Part shown: in pieces, positions 47,996 to 61,490 of the stretch
Layout of the letters: each line of letters starts with the position of its first letter
How positions within the stretch are numbered: position 1 is the stretch's first letter
Assembly (NCBI GenBank): GCA_013239625.1
Contig: MU053557.1
Coordinates: 2,014,123-2,078,108, forward strand
Source of the DNA: Lama guanicoe
Taxonomy: Eukaryota
Reading direction: 5' to 3'
DNA: 63,986 nucleotides
Notes under the pieces: generated by a model
Databases searched by the model: none
Told to the model about the DNA's origin: nothing
Seen by the model: only the letters and a program-made list of their open reading frames with translations
Program-made: the position numbers and the translations under genes

Positions 47996-49029
47996 TACAC
48001 TCGCCCTGCCACATACACTCTCACTCATTGCAATAAAAAAAAAAAAATGATGAAATTTCATCGCTTTCCTACACACAGTCCAAGTGCCTTCTTACAAGTA
48101 CATAACACACTCTGTGCCCAAAATTCTCCACCCACTCCCATCCCTAACACCCACACACATACAAACATACACACATACACACATACAGGGGCCTGTCACT
48201 CTCAGTTAAGCCAAAGACCAGCAGAATTTTTCTGAAACATTCTTTCTACATAGACATAGAGGTATGAAGTTCAGCCCACATGCAGTAGATCCAGGCTAGC
48301 CCACTCAGCTGTAAGTTGGGTTCCTAAAGGATTTAGCCTAGAGTCACTTCCTGTGCACCTTTTTAATTCTCTTTCTTGGTCATTTACCCCACTGACAGAG
48401 AGGCTGGACTGCAGTGGAGAATCCTAGGAGGATTCAAAACAAGTAGGATTCCTTCCTAGTTTTCACAGATGGTGAGAGTTCCAAAGGGTGACATTTGCAT
48501 ACCCTCTTCCCAGGGAACCACTGCTCGGTACTGATGGCCTTTTCTCACTTCAGATGGCTGTGGATTATAAGTAATTTCTCTATGCTGGCCCAGATGTTGT
48601 TAAAACCTCACTCTTAAAATGTCACATTTATGAGCTACATCTAAAGATGAGTGGAAAGTGGAACAAATGAAAAGTTCTCCTGCTTCCTTTTTCTCTAACA
48701 CCCTTGAGAGTTTTGGTCGAGTCCAGCTCACCAGGCTCCCCCTACCTTCCCCATCTCAGCACTCTGCATAGCATGTAGTCCCTAGTAGGTACCCAATAAA
48801 TCAAGGAATCCAGACTTTTGACTTAAACATCTGGGCAGACAGTGGTGACGTATACACAGACAGGGAAGACTGGAGGAGGAATTGTTTCCTGTGGAAAGAT
48901 CACAGGTCAGCGTAACTCTTTCAACCAATAGACATCTGTTGAGTGCTTACCAGTCACCATAGTGAGTCCCGGGGATTCTACTACCAAAACAATAACAACA
49001 ATAATATCAAACACTTACTGAAAGTAAAA

Positions 49030-49165
49030 GGATTGATTGAATGATTGATTGATTGATTGATCGATAGATAAATAGATAGAGAGGGAGATAAATAGAAGGA
49101 TGGATGGATGGATGGATAGATAGATAGATAGATAATAGGTAGGAAGGTAGATAGATAGGTAGATG
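49030..49165 (+). repeat. Compound (GATT)n(GATA)n(GGAT)n microsatellite
   Basis: Directly visible. Confidence 0.92.
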
Positions 49166-50899
49166 ATCTTTTTTTGTTGCCTATCTCCTGAGTCCTGCCC
49201 TTCATCCTTAAATATGGTAAAGAGCCTTTGTAGGGGAGGTATTCTCACCACTTTACAGCAAAGTAATTAAGGCCCCAAAAGAAAAAAGGCCTGGCCAAAT
49301 TTCATGTAATTAGTAATTATAAGTGATACTACTTTTATGTTCACAGAATTATATGAAATTTTTTTAATACTTTAGCAAAACTCTAATGCTTTTTTCTCCA
49401 AAGAATAGTAAGTTAATAAAGGTGCAGGTGGCATGCGGACATGGCAAAAACTCTGGAGGCAGGAGGCAAGCAGTTTGGAATGCAATGATACAGAGTCAAT
49501 ATGGCGTAGCTAGAACATGTAAGAAGGGCCAAGAAGCAGAGAGGAGGGTGCTCGTTAGCTTCTGTCTTAGTGACCGGGGAGAAAGAGGGATATTTGAATA
49601 TTTGAATGTCAGCCCTTCTGTGATGGTGGCATAAAAAGTCCGAGAACATTTTTTAGGGAAGAGCCGCTTGAAAGCATGTTCAGGCCTCACCAGTTAGACA
49701 GAGGGGCTTGGACGAGTAAGAGGTTGATTTTCTGAAAGCAGCTCTAAAGAAACAGTAAAGAGAAGTCTTGGGTTGTCCCTCAAGTCCTAAACAACAAAGG
49801 GGAGCAATTCCTGTCTTCTCACAAAGAGAAGCTAAAGCAGGGGTTTTTGTTTTCCTAAAGTCGTTGTGTCTTCCCACCTGACACACCCAACTAGAACGTC
49901 AGGAAGTGACCGCAAAGACGAACTCCGGGCTAAAAACAACTGTACTGGAGAACAATTCAGGATTAGACGTGAAGACTCTGAGTAGGTTCTCTGGGAAACT
50001 GTGGTGGAGGAGGTTAAGTAGGAGGGTTGGAACCAATGCAGCTGGCCTTTCGGGGAGTCCTGGGTCTTATCTCTGGGTCTGTGATGAGAAGGGATGCTGT
50101 AGGAAGAGAAAAAGAAGCCAACTGCCTGGGACCCGAGTCAGAATGGAGTCCTTCAGCAATGGCTCTCAAGGGAAGTCACAGGTGCCAGGCTCACCCTGGA
50201 GACCCTTAAAACAGACTTGCTCAGCATGTGAAGTCTGTTTGTCCCCTGAGTCCCACACTCACAGAACTCAGCCTCTTCCTCCCCTCCCCATCCCACCCTC
50301 TCCAGCCCCCTCCTTCAGCCTGCCCCTCCTGGACCAGACCCTGGGAGGGGAGCTGCCGTGCAGCTGGAAAGCCTGTCGTCATTCCAGGGCGCTGCCTTTC
50401 CCTCACCGCCGACACGCAGTCCATCAGCAAGCTCGTCTTGCCACCTCAGTAGCAATGGCTTCTGTCCATTCTATCCCACCGCCTTGGTTTTGGTCCTCAT
50501 CGTGGCTTCCGCCTCCTCCTGGTCTCCCAGGACCTCGCTCATTCCTACACCTCACCCCGCCAGCCCCCTTCCCCCATCCACCTCCCAGCGTGGCCTCCAT
50601 AACAATCCCTTGAAAACCTAAATCTTTTGGGCAGCTTCTCTTCCCCAAACCACTAATGGTTCCCTACAATCCTCAGGAGCAGTAACACCTGCTGTTTATT
50701 CAGTGACCACTGAAAGCCAGACACTGTAATAGACGACTTACAGACATGATGACTATCCCAACTGTTCAGGTGTCGTGTGTCCATTTTAGCGAGGAAACAG
50801 GAAAATCAGGTCACTTTCCCAAAGTTTCAAAGCTAGACACAGACCCAGGATTTGAGGGCAGACCTGTGCCCTCTCCCCTAAATGAGTTAAGGCATTCTA

Positions 50900-51054
50900 A
50901 CTTCTTGTTTGTTTTTATTTGGCTGGGGGGTGGGGTGGGGGGGAGCAGGAATCAGATTGATTGATTGATTGATTTTAAATGGAGGTACTGGGGAATTGAA
51001 CCCAGGACCTCACACATGCTAGGCATACACTACCACTGAGCTACACCCTCTCCC
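50900..51054 (-). mobile_element. vic-1-type tRNA-derived SINE
   Basis: ggaggtactggggaattgaacccaggacc...ccactgagctacaccctctccc. 17-bp TSD tgagttaaggcat(t/c)cta at 50883-50899 and 51055-51071. Confidence 0.9.
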
Positions 51055-52764
51055 TGAGTTAAGGCATCCTAGGCCCTCCATGATCTGGCTGCAGCCCCGC
51101 TTCCAGCCTCCACACACATGCACACACGAGTGGGAACACACAAGGATCTACTCAACATTCGGAAGCACATTGTATACTAGGTCACCTCTTGGCTTTCTGT
51201 CCTCGTATCTGGCATGTGCCTACATTATTCTAGGCAATGAACAAATATTTGTGGGATAAATAAATGCTGCTCCTCCCGGCATTTATTTTTGGTGCATTTG
51301 CCTGTCACAGTCACACCCAGACCCCAAAGCCCTGTATGCATACCATTTCTTCAGGTAAACTTGCTACCCACTCTTCTGCAGAATTAATCTCTTTCCCCTG
51401 TGTTCACGTCACACTGCTTACACTTGTGTTCTTTGTACTGTAAGTACCCCATAGGTATCTTATCACCATGCTCGCTAGATTGAAACTTCTTAAGGGCAGG
51501 GGTGGTGTTTTATTCATTTATGTTGCTGTTGACTTTCCAAAACCCCAGGAGGGGTTTCTAGTAACATACAGTGCCTCAAGAATCAAACACAAAGACAGAA
51601 GCCTCTGACTGACTTAAACCAATCTCGTTGTCCTCCTCTGATCATCCAGAAAAGAAAAGAGGTGAGACAAAGAGGGGAAAGGCAGGTCCCTGAAGTCAGG
51701 GTGAGGAATGTGACTCTTTCCCCCAGGCCTGCTCCATCCCATTCCAGGAGGATAATGACAAGTCCACCTATCTTTCAGGAGCTCCTGGGAGGATAAGCTA
51801 TCACGTGCCTTAGGGAATTCTGAGGTCTATAAAACCGAATCTCCTTTTAACGTTATATTTGAAATATTCTGAATAAAGTAATTTCCAGGAGCTTCAGCTC
51901 TAAGTTCAGATCCCCTCCCCAAGTGCCCCTTGGTCTCCATCTTTCACAGAAGTCTCCCAACCCAACTTTACAGTTCTCAGGACTGCCAGGAGAGAGGGTT
52001 TTTATTTAGTAGTAGGATCATTTTTGTTCCTTTGGACACACTCTCCATGCTCCTTTTTGTTTAGGATGCTCAGCTAGTCCTCCTTCTGAGGTAATTGACA
52101 GAAGGTTATCCTATGTTTTGTTTATATTCTTATTTTGACATCTCCCAATATAAATTTCTTTAATCTTTGCAGTTTTCACACAGCACATCCCTACCGACAG
52201 ATGATGCTGTCAGAGTTCTCTTGCGCTGGCCAGACTGGCCCCAAGAGCCGTGGGTGAAAAGTGGGAGCTTCCATTAAATGGACACCCATCCCCTCAAACT
52301 GTTCTGCTCCGTGTCACTGTGATCTGCCCCAAAGTACATTCTATGGGGCCTTGAAATATGTTTATTAAATTTTTAAGAACGTACCCCGACCCCCCGCCCA
52401 GTGGAGACAGCCCCGTAAACTGTCGCCCTCACCCTCTGCTCTGCCAGGTCCCCCTGGGGAAAGAACTGCCACAAGGAAGCAGTGCTGTGGGCACAAGAAA
52501 CCACTCCAGCTTCAGACCCAGACCCTCTTCCCCGTCCCCAGGGGGAGACTTCGGACAAGCCTGTAGCTTCTCTTAAGTTTCGGTTTCCATCAAGAACAGG
52601 AATAACCCCTACCTCACAAAGTTGTTGAGAAAATCAAAGACGTGAAGAGTGTCAAGTGCTTGGCTCCCACTTCTGTTACAGTTGCTATTATTCAAAATGT
52701 TAGCCGTCACACTTCCTTAGCAGTCAGTTGCTAGATCTCTCTTCAGTTGCTCTCCTATAAATGT

Positions 52765-53610
52765 TTTTGAACATTTTTTTATCAGAAAATTTCAAACATC
52801 CATAAGAGTGAAGAGAAGATTATGAATCCTCCTATTCATATCACCCAGTCTCAGCAATGAACCCACTTATGGACCAATCTTATTTCAGTTATATCACCAC
52901 TCACGAACCTGCTCCCCAATGGAGTTATTTGAAAGCAAAGCTCAGACATCATCTCATTTCGTCCATGCACAGCTCAGCATCGCTTTAAAAATTTCAGTGA
53001 GCATTTTCTTCTAAGAGTTTCACATAAGCATGATCCCAATATCATACACTAGAAAATGGATCACTGTTTCTTAAAAACAGTAAGTATTCCGTGTTCAAGT
53101 GTCTGTATTTGCCTCATAATTTTTTTACAAGATGGTTTGTTTAAATGGCATCCAGTTGAGGTAAACACCATGCATTGGGTCGATATGTCTATTAGATTTC
53201 TTTCATTCTACAGGTCCTCTCACACACTCATGCTTTCTGTCTCATCTTTTGTCATGGATATGTTTTAAAAAGTCACCTGTCCTGTTGAATTTTACACATT
53301 CTGGATCTTACTGGTGGCATCTTTGCAGCATTAACACACCCCTGTCTACTATCCATAAGGAGCCATTCATGACCATTTGTTTGGGGTTGCAAAATGGCAA
53401 CATTCCAAATCCGTCATTCCCCCTGGTCTTTTTTTAAGCTGCAGTGCTTCTATTAGATTGACTCGTGCTAAGAAGTGAGTGTGTGTAAAATCCTCTACTG
53501 TGAGTGTTCCCTGAATCATTTCGCAATGATGTCCAAACCTGCATCTCATGGGCCTTCAGCATATACTTAGGGGAATCCAAAGTTCATGCCTCAACCACTA
53601 TATATTCCAC
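52765..53610 (-). mobile_element. Old L1 (L1MC4/5-like) 3' UTR fragment
   Basis: gaaaatttcaaacat...ttatttgaaagcaaagctcagacatcat...ggggttgcaaaatggc; similar to 17370-17950. Confidence 0.65.
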
Positions 53611-53924
53611 CCCCTGCTGCCCCCACCACCCCTCTGTTTCTCTTTGTCTCTCTCCCTTGTTTGTTCCAGGGTATTCCCCTTGTTCCAAAGACAGGACTCA
53701 TTTCTCACCACCTTCTCTGCTGGCATGTTTGCCATCACTGAACGGCCACCCCTTTTTCCACTGGCCACTGCCAGCCGGGCTAATCTCTCCCGCCTGCCTG
53801 TGCCAGTCTCCCTGTTGACATCCTTATCTCTGCCCTCAGGCTGGCCTCCGCCTCCTGGCCCCTTCGGGCCTGTGTTCATTCCCCTGCCCCTCCTGAGGAC
53901 TGGCTCCCACAGCCAGGCTAAGAC

Positions 53925-54120
53925 CAGGAGGAAAAGACGGGGTCTGTTCAGCCTAGAGAAGAGAGGGCTGCAGGGTTGATGTGGGAACAGGAGATGGCTT
54001 TACTTTTCCAAACTTGGGTTTATAGACTGGTTGTGTGTTCCCATGTATGGAAGAGGAAAGGAACATAAATCAGCACAGGAAGGATTTCGTGAGGTACAGG
54101 GAGAAATCTCTACCACCACA
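53925..54120 (+). mobile_element. CR1/L3 fragment
   Basis: ggggtctgttcagcctagagaagagagggct (GLFSLEKRGL) resembles the CR1 ORF2 C-terminal motif GLFSLEKRRL. Confidence 0.6.
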
Positions 54121-55124
54121 CAGAATGTCAGAAAGTAAATAATGAAAATGCCGAAGGAGCCTGTGGAAGCTGTTGATGGATTTCAGGGTGGTTCTTATTT
54201 TTCCCCTGAGAGGAAGGCAGCTGAGTATAAATGGAAGGGCTCTGAGTCAAGTGAAGCTTCATGCCATGGCTTTGCCACCTAATAACTGACGGTGAACTGA
54301 GGAACTTACCCATTGAGCCTCAGCGTCCTCATCTGCAAAATGGGTAGGTCCTTCCATGCGAGGTCTTTGCCAGGATGAGCTATAACTCAGGGAACTGCAG
54401 CCGTCTCTCTTCCCTGCTTTCCTCCAGGCAGAGCTTTCAGAATACAGCATATATATCATCATTTGTGGGAGCGAGGAAAACCCCTGGCTTCAGCCAAAAT
54501 CTAGATGACACTTCCAATCTGAATTCCCTACGATATATTTTTCACAGCTGCTAGCAGTTGTGGAGGTGGTCTGGCCTCATTTTACATGTAAGAAAACTGG
54601 CAAGAAAAAGTATCTCCCTAACAGACTCAAGGTCTTCCCCCAAAATAAAATAAATGAACTGCAGTTTAAGACAGGAGAAAGAGTCCTTTTACTGTCTCAT
54701 TTAATGCCTCATCCTTGAGCCACATAGTCCCAGTTGCAGCAACGATTATTGGCACGAGACAGGTGCCTGTCACCTCCCCGGTCAGGCTGAAGTTAGGTCC
54801 GTGCGCTGCCGCCCGTCAACAGCACGGCCCTGGGGGCGGCGCTCTGCCTCCCCGGCTCTGGCTTTCTACGCGGAATGATAGAATGCCCTGGGCAGAGTAT
54901 GCTGTGGCTCTGTTAGCAGAGCGCACCCTGAAGGTAAAACCAGCGGGAAGAGCAGTTGCTATGATTTAGTGAGTGATGGTCACGGTTGTGATTCCTCTGG
55001 TCCTCTGCTGAAGCGCACGTTCACACAACAGTGCTGTTGCCTTTCTGGCTCCTGCAGAGCTTTCTCGGCCCCACCAGGTGTCAGGTAGAGTTCTTATTCA
55101 AGACCTTCTTGAGGGAGAAGCAGT

Positions 55125-55390
55125 GTAGTGAGAGGATGAACATAAGGGCTTTAGGGTCAGCCAGCTCCGGGTGGGACTCTCACGCTGCCTCTTACTGAGC
55201 AGTGTAACACTGGGCAAGTTACTTAATCTCTCTGGGCCTCGGTTTTTCCATCTGTAAGATGGAACTGATGTGATGCCTTGTATTTTTTTTTTAACCTCAT
55301 TAAGATTGCTGGGAGGATAAAATGAGGTGATGCATGTACCTGAGATAATGGCCAGGGCTTGGCAGTGGTAAATGGCTCTATAAATGTTCA
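55125..55390 (+). mobile_element. Near full-length MIR
   Basis: gcagtgtagtg...ctgggcaagttacttaatctctctgggcctcggtttttccatctgtaagatgg...ctataaatgtt. Confidence 0.85.
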
Positions 55391-55849
55391 CTCTGTGATT
55401 AATGGTGGGTCAAGTCAGGAATCTGAAAGCATCCCCTCTCCCCATGGCCCCAGGGCTGGCCTGTGCAGACAGGCCTCACTGACAGGGCCATCCGCCAGCA
55501 GCACGCTGAGGAAGGATGACCTGTCAGAGCCTGCCTTCGAGTGCAAAGCCTTCCCAAAGTCCCAGGGCTCCCCTGATAAGCAGTGACAATTCTGGAAGGA
55601 GGGAAGGAGGATGACTTTTGTCTTTTATCTAGGAGGCCCCTGGGGGAACTGTACTTGCTCAGCTCAGACTCTTAGCTGTACGGAGGGGTCACAGGAGGGA
55701 AGCCAAGAAGAAAGACTTTGGACAAAGGAGGACGCCAGGGTGGAGACCGGGCAGGGCTGTCTGTCCACTATTTTCTGTTTGCACAGCTTTCTCTGTAAGT
55801 TGCATCCTCACCTGGTATAGTTAGTTGCCCAAGCCCCTCATGGCCCACC

Positions 55850-56145
55850 AGTGAAGCAGCCAACAAAGAGCTGTTGGGTGCCACCCATGCACCCAGCACA
55901 GGCAACACAGGGGACAAGGCAGACACAGTCCCTACACTCATGGAACCTCCACACCAGCAGGGAAGACAAACCGAACAAAGTGTTACAAATACCTGATTAC
56001 AAGATTATAGGTGTGCAAAGTGCCGTGAGGTTGAAGGATGGGAATGAAGGGAGTCTGAGGGAGGTCAGGGAAGCCTGCCTGGAGGAGGTGACCTTCAGGT
56101 GGAGATCTGAAGGTTAACAGAAGTCAGCCAGGTGGTAAAAGGAGG
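55850..56145 (-). mobile_element. L2 fragment
   Basis: cagacacagtccctacactcatggaacc; gaggtcagggaagcctgcctggaggaggtgaccttcag. Confidence 0.7.
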
Positions 56146-56807
56146 TGAAGGGGGGTGCCCGCATGCTCCTCTCCTCAGCCCTGGCAGCCCAGTTCCCTTT
56201 AGACCCAAGTTGCACCAGTAAACACCAGCACTTGGGGGCACCACGAGGCCTGCAGTCATTGGCTCCTAGCCCTACCCAAGTTCCCCGAAGTCCTCTGGGG
56301 AGAAACCATTCTGGTTTCTGGTGACCAAAGCAAGTTCTGTAATTAACTCTGCTGCTTAGCTTGTTTCTTTGATTCAGCATTTCTCCAGCGAGAGGTTAAA
56401 CTTTACATCATTATTCTGCCCAATTAATCCTGGCAGGCGAGCCACTCAGGAGCCCCAGCCCTGCCCGGGTGGAAAAGGGAGCGGCCCAGCTTTTGCCTCA
56501 GACATCTTAACACAGACTCTTTAGCTCTGGGAGCCAGGAGCAAGGGTCACTGTTCCCGAGGCCACTGGGGCCTGCAACGCATATGCACACACTCAGAATT
56601 CAGCAAGAAGGGAGAACAGGAGAAGCAAGATAAAAAAAAAAAGAGAAGAGAGGGGCATAGGACAGCAGACAGGGACAAGGAGGGTGGCAGAGAGAAACGT
56701 GAGGGGCACAGACATTCCTTAATGTTACAAGGCTAAGACTTGCAAGGACTCAGTGACAGCATCTTTCACAGAGACTGGTCAGGAACTGAATGAGATATTC
56801 ACATGCA

Positions 56808-56997
56808 GAAGGATTTTGCAACCTTAGCACTGCAGGCATTTGGGGTCAGGTAATTCTTTCTTGGGTGGACTGTCCTATGCATGTAGGGTGTTTCACAGCA
56901 TCCCTGACCTCCACCCACTAGATACCAGGAGCATCCCCCATCAGACGTTGTCAAACGTCCCCCGGGGTCAAAATCGGCCCCAGCTGGGAACCGCCAA
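56808..56997. mobile_element. MER20-like hAT-Charlie MITE
   Basis: gcatttggggtcaggtaattctttcttggg...cagcatccctgacctccacccactagatacc...aaaatcggccccagctgggaaccgc. Confidence 0.85.
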
Positions 56998-57544
56998 TGA
57001 AGTAAATAGCAAAGGGCCTGGTGCACAGTAAATGCAGAATAAATGGCAGCTAACATAACAAGTGTGCAAGGCAAACGCCTTTTCTGAATAGCAGACCCTT
57101 CTTCCCAAACACATCTTAGAATATAAGGGCTTTGGAGAAAACCAGAACTTTCCAAAGGTGGGACAGCTAGACTTGTCAGTGCTGTCACTGGAAATGTGCC
57201 AACAGAGACGTGCCCGGGCTGGAGAAACTGAAGGCACCCACGTATTGACTGGATTGTTGGAACAGGTCCACTTTCCACTCTGCTCGGCTCGAAGGGAAAG
57301 GAGCTAATGTTGTGACAAGGGTAGCAGGTGCCTGGCCCCATGCCAGGTCTTACATACAAACCAGCCTCTGTGAGTACTGTGAATAGATGTTATTATTTCC
57401 ATGTTAGATGGAGGAATGGTGACCCAGAGAGGCTAAGTCACTAGCTCAACGTTACTCAGCAAGTGCAATCCAGGATTTGGGTTAGAACCCGAGTTTGACT
57501 CTCTTCCAAGCCCACACTCTCTCTCCACCCAAGTGGCAGGAGTG

Positions 57545-57708
57545 GGGCTTCTCATAGGCTGACTTGATAGTTCACAGCAAGAGTTTAGGAGTAATTTGGG
57601 GGCAGCAGCCAGGCTCAGTGGGAAGGAGTGATGGGACTGACTAGCAACGTCCGTCATGGGCCCAGGAGTAGGAAAAGGGGGCCCATGGCCACGTGTTTGC
57701 CATCCGTG
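57545..57708. mobile_element. MER102-like hAT fragment
   Basis: ggctcagtgggaaggagtg...tagcaacgtccgtcatgggc...gccacgtgtttgccatcc. Confidence 0.6.
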
Positions 57709-58642
57709 TACAGGCTCATAATCCAAGATTTAGTGAGTCTGTATCATCCAGGCTGGTGTTATCTGGGGGCTACACTGGACTAGGGTACATCTGGGTTTGT
57801 TCAGCAAATTAGGTGCTTTCTCAAGGCATGAGCTGAAAACCAGGTCCTCTCCATAGCGGAGGGTTTCTACAGAGGGCGCCAGGGACACCTTCTTAACAAA
57901 TTGTTCTCATGGAAAAACAAGATATAAGCCCCTAACACAAGCCTTTGTTAATGCTTGAGGAATTTTAGTTTCGGCAAGTAATAATGTTCTCAAAAAAGAG
58001 AAGGAAACAGAAACTTCCAAGGCAAAGAGCCATTTTTTTTTCTCTCATTAAAAAAAAAAAAAAAGCTCATTGTATTTCAAAGCACAAGCTTCAGGAGATA
58101 CAATATCCATCCTTCTCCCTCTCTCCCCACTCCAAAACAATCAAGCCCGGGTGAAAAATTGCACAACTGGATGCATAATAAAACCTGCTTACACGTGCAG
58201 AAAACACAGCAAACACCACTTTGACTGTTTCCAGACACTTGGCTAGGGAAAAGGTGCTTTCTCACAGCTGAGTCTCGGGCAACTCTGAGGACACAGAGGG
58301 CAGAGTTAGGAATGCATACGAGTCCTTCCCTCTTGCCGGGTGCAGTTCAAGCTGCCTAACTGAGCTCTTGTGCTCTGCCTGCAGCCTTGGCCTTGGCCTT
58401 GACCTGAGCTGGCAATGATGGGAGAAGGTTGGCTGCCTTCACGGCCCACCACGTGCCAGCCAGCCAGCCATTCAATAAAGATTCACTGAACCCCGTTATG
58501 TGCGAGCACCAGGGTGACAAACTCTGGACGTATCTGAAGCAGCAGGCACCAGGTCAGAGAGAGTTCATGATTTTCATCATTTTCCTGCATCCATTTCAAA
58601 CAGGCAGGACGTGAATCGTATTGGAGAAAGTCTATCCTGTAT

Positions 58643-58756
58643 GTTTTTTTAATTGAAGTATAGTCAGTTACAATGTGTCAATTTCTGGTGTATAGCACAA
58701 TGTCCCAGTCATATATGTACATACATATATTCATTTTCATATTCTTTTTCATGAAA
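58643..58756 (-). mobile_element. Short young L1 3' end
   Basis: ttttttaattgaagtatagtcagttacaatgtgtc; TSD tatcctgtat at 58633-58642 and 58757-58766. Confidence 0.88.
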
Positions 58757-58934
58757 TATCCTGTATTTTCAAAGTCATATTCCTTACAACTGGGGTTAGG
58801 CCCTCGCTGGGCCCTCATCTCTCTATGTGAGCAGAGAAAGCAGTCATCAGGGGAAGAACTCTTTATCCCCAACTATTTCCACTATTGGCACCTGGAAATT
58901 ATCCAGCATTCACTTATTTTATTTGGAGCTGAAA

Positions 58935-59262
58935 AACAATTGGCAAACTACAGCTCAGCGGCCAGATGTGGCCGTAGCCTGGTTTTGAACAGCACACAAA
59001 CTACGAAGGTTTTTCCAGTTTTGATTGGTTGGGGGAGGGACCAAAAGAAGAACATTCCATGACATGTAAGCATGACATGAAACTCCATTTTCAGCATCCA
59101 GAATTAAAGTCTGGTCAGCACAGAGCCAGGCTCATTTTTTCTGTTATCCACAGCCGCTTTCACACACATAGCAGCAGCATTGAGTTGGATAGAGATGGTG
59201 TGTCCCACCAAACCTGAAATATTTACTGTCTGATCCTTTGCAGAAAAAGTCTGCCAGCCCAT
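58935..59262. mobile_element. MER58B-like hAT-Charlie MITE
   Basis: ttggcaaactacagc...gccagatgtggcc...aaatatttactgtctgatcctttgcagaaaaagtctgccagcccc. Confidence 0.8.
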
Positions 59263-59719
59263 GGGTGAGAACCTTGCCCTCTCTCTCTGTCTTCTTTGAA
59301 AATGCAAGTACCTGCTGGTCTCGCAACTTCTGAGGTCCTCAGTGCCTTTGTGAGAACGCGTGTATCTGGTCACTTGCAGCCTGGCAGGGAAGAGGCACCA
59401 GCTGGAACCTCCCCCCCTTTCATCTCAGCCTCCAGGTGCACGTGTGTCACATCACACCTTGTTTTGGAATTTACCCAAATTCCGCCTTCTTACCCTTCAC
59501 TCCTTCTCAGTAAGGTAGCTGGTGCCTCCTGACCCCTCCAGGGTAACCCTCACTGAGCCTGGCGTGGGGAAATGTTTGGTGAAGGTTAGCTGATGTGTGA
59601 GCGAAGAAGTGAATGAAACAGTGTCTATCAGCCAATAAGCATAAGCACCAGCTGAAGAAATGTCTGAATTCACGGACGATTCAGTGATCGAGGGGGTTGA
59701 TGAAAGAAAGGAGACGTGA

Positions 59720-59802
59720 GGGGGGAGCTCAGTGGTAGAGTGTGTGCTTAGCTTGCACGAGGTCATGGGTTCAATCCCCATTAAATCTCCATTTTAAAAA
59801 GG
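59720..59802 (+). mobile_element. Short tRNA-Ala(AGC)-like retroposon (minimal SINE or tRNA retropseudogene)
   Basis: ggggggagctcagtggtagagtgtgtgcttagcttgcacgaggtcatgggttcaatcccc...ctcca. 16-bp TSD aagaaaggaga(c/t)gtga at 59704-59719 and 59803-59818. Confidence 0.88.
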
Positions 59803-61269
59803 AAGAAAGGAGATGTGAATGCTTGTCAGAGGGAGAAAGTGAACAGAGAAATCAGTAGTGAAGGAGGGGGTGGATCTGTGAGGCGGGTGAGCCAGTGAAG
59901 GCGGGCAGTGGCACCTCTGCAAGAGACACAGAAAGGAGACAAAGGGCGTCACTGCCCAGCTCTGCTGGTCTTGTCATTCTGCCTTGCTAGCTCACACCCT
60001 GCCAGCCTGGGGATTTTGCTCTTAATCAACCCCCTCCCTTGCTGAGGGTGTGCCCAGAGGACAGAAACACCTGCACCCTGGGCGTGAGGCCAGACAGCCT
60101 GCCTCTGCGCCGATGGCCTCCCATATATGGAAAAAATATGCCTTCAGCGCCTGCGTCCTCAGCCCCATCCCTTCCATGCACTGTGGGTGAACAGGACCGA
60201 ACCCCAAAGCCAAGAGCCCCTCAAAGGCACAATTTCCAGGTGTACAGAATGGGCAACATGTTGGTTTGGACCAAATTCATGGCCAGCATCCTCCCAGCCA
60301 GGTAGGAAGACATGGAATCAAAACCACCCTATGCAAAGCCCCCTCCCCACCTCCACTGCCCAGTTACTCTGTTTTTTTTTTCAGTCTCTCTCCTTACTTT
60401 CTATTTTGTGTGTTTATTACCTCGCCTTCTCCCTCTCTAGAATATAAACTCCATGAGGACAGAGCCAGGCACGTGGAAATCTCAATAAATATCTGTTGAA
60501 TATGAGTGACTTAGTCCGGGAAACAAGTCATGTACACCAACTGCTTGAACCAGCTACCAGGACATGAGCCCCTCTCCCAGTGGGGACCTGACCTGACTCT
60601 GCCGCCAAACCCCACGGGTGACCTTGAGCATGCCATCTTCCCTCTTGGAGGCTCAGGACATTAAGTCAGACTATCTTCAGGGTCCCTTCCAGCTCTCATA
60701 TACTGGAGTTCTGAAGCCAAGGGGAGGGGGCTTCAGATTCTTCAAGGTTCATGTATAGTTAATATGAACCTCAGTCCCCTGACCACAACTCAAAGAAAAA
60801 CTTTGCCTGTTACATAAGGGACAGCCATTCCGCCTGGCCCATGATCAGGGTAAAGTGACACTGGGTGTGTCGGCATCCCTGTTGTGGCCAGCAGCCACCT
60901 GAGCATCAGCAGTGACTATCCAAATGCAGCCAGCCCTCTCCCTCAGGCTTTGCTGAAGGAGCCAAAGCCCAGCCTGACGTCCCGCTGCCTGTGCCTTAGG
61001 AAAGCCCTGGAAGTGCGCCCTGAAACCCCGGCAGAGAAAGGACTAGGCAATCTCTTCCCAGGCGTCTACGCAGGGGTGCCAGAAACGGGGCATACTTGCC
61101 CGGGTCAGCCCAGCAAATGAGGTCCAGAGAGCCACAGAGGGCTTGTCTGAGGGCCCCAGCCCTCAGGGACTCCTGCGCCCTGGGACCCCTGCGGCCCTGG
61201 CAGCCTGAGCCTCTCAAGCCTCCGAAGCGCACGCGCTGCTTTGCATACTGTAGGGATCGCGGAGATGCC

Positions 61270-61490
61270 GGCTCTCAGTCACGGTGTTTAGGTTTGGATC
61301 CCAGCTCTGCTTACTGGCTGGCTCTATGGCCTTGGGCAGATTACTTTAATAGGTATTGCTTTGCCTTTCTCATCTGTCAAATGGGAATGGTGATGATAAT
61401 AATAGTATTTAGCCCTTTGGTTTGTTGTGAAGATTAAAAGGGTACTTAGGAACGGGTGGTTCCCAGCAGGCATTCTGTAATATTAGCCTT
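61270..61490 (+). mobile_element. MIR
   Basis: ggatcccagctctgcttactggctg...ccttgggcagattactttaa...ttctcatctgtcaaatgggaatg. Confidence 0.75.

Noticed and set aside
49906..50613. Longest ORF in the track (235 aa)
   Set aside because: It starts at GTG, has no recognisable domain or convincing splice signals, has low-complexity Pro/Ser composition from C-rich DNA, and runs into L2-like sequence.
59630..59715. Protein-like peptide APAEEMSEFTDDSVIEGVDERK as a hidden exon or retrocopy
   Set aside because: A stop codon lies immediately upstream, there is no polypyrimidine acceptor or donor, and I do not recognise it as SH3RF2 or another protein.
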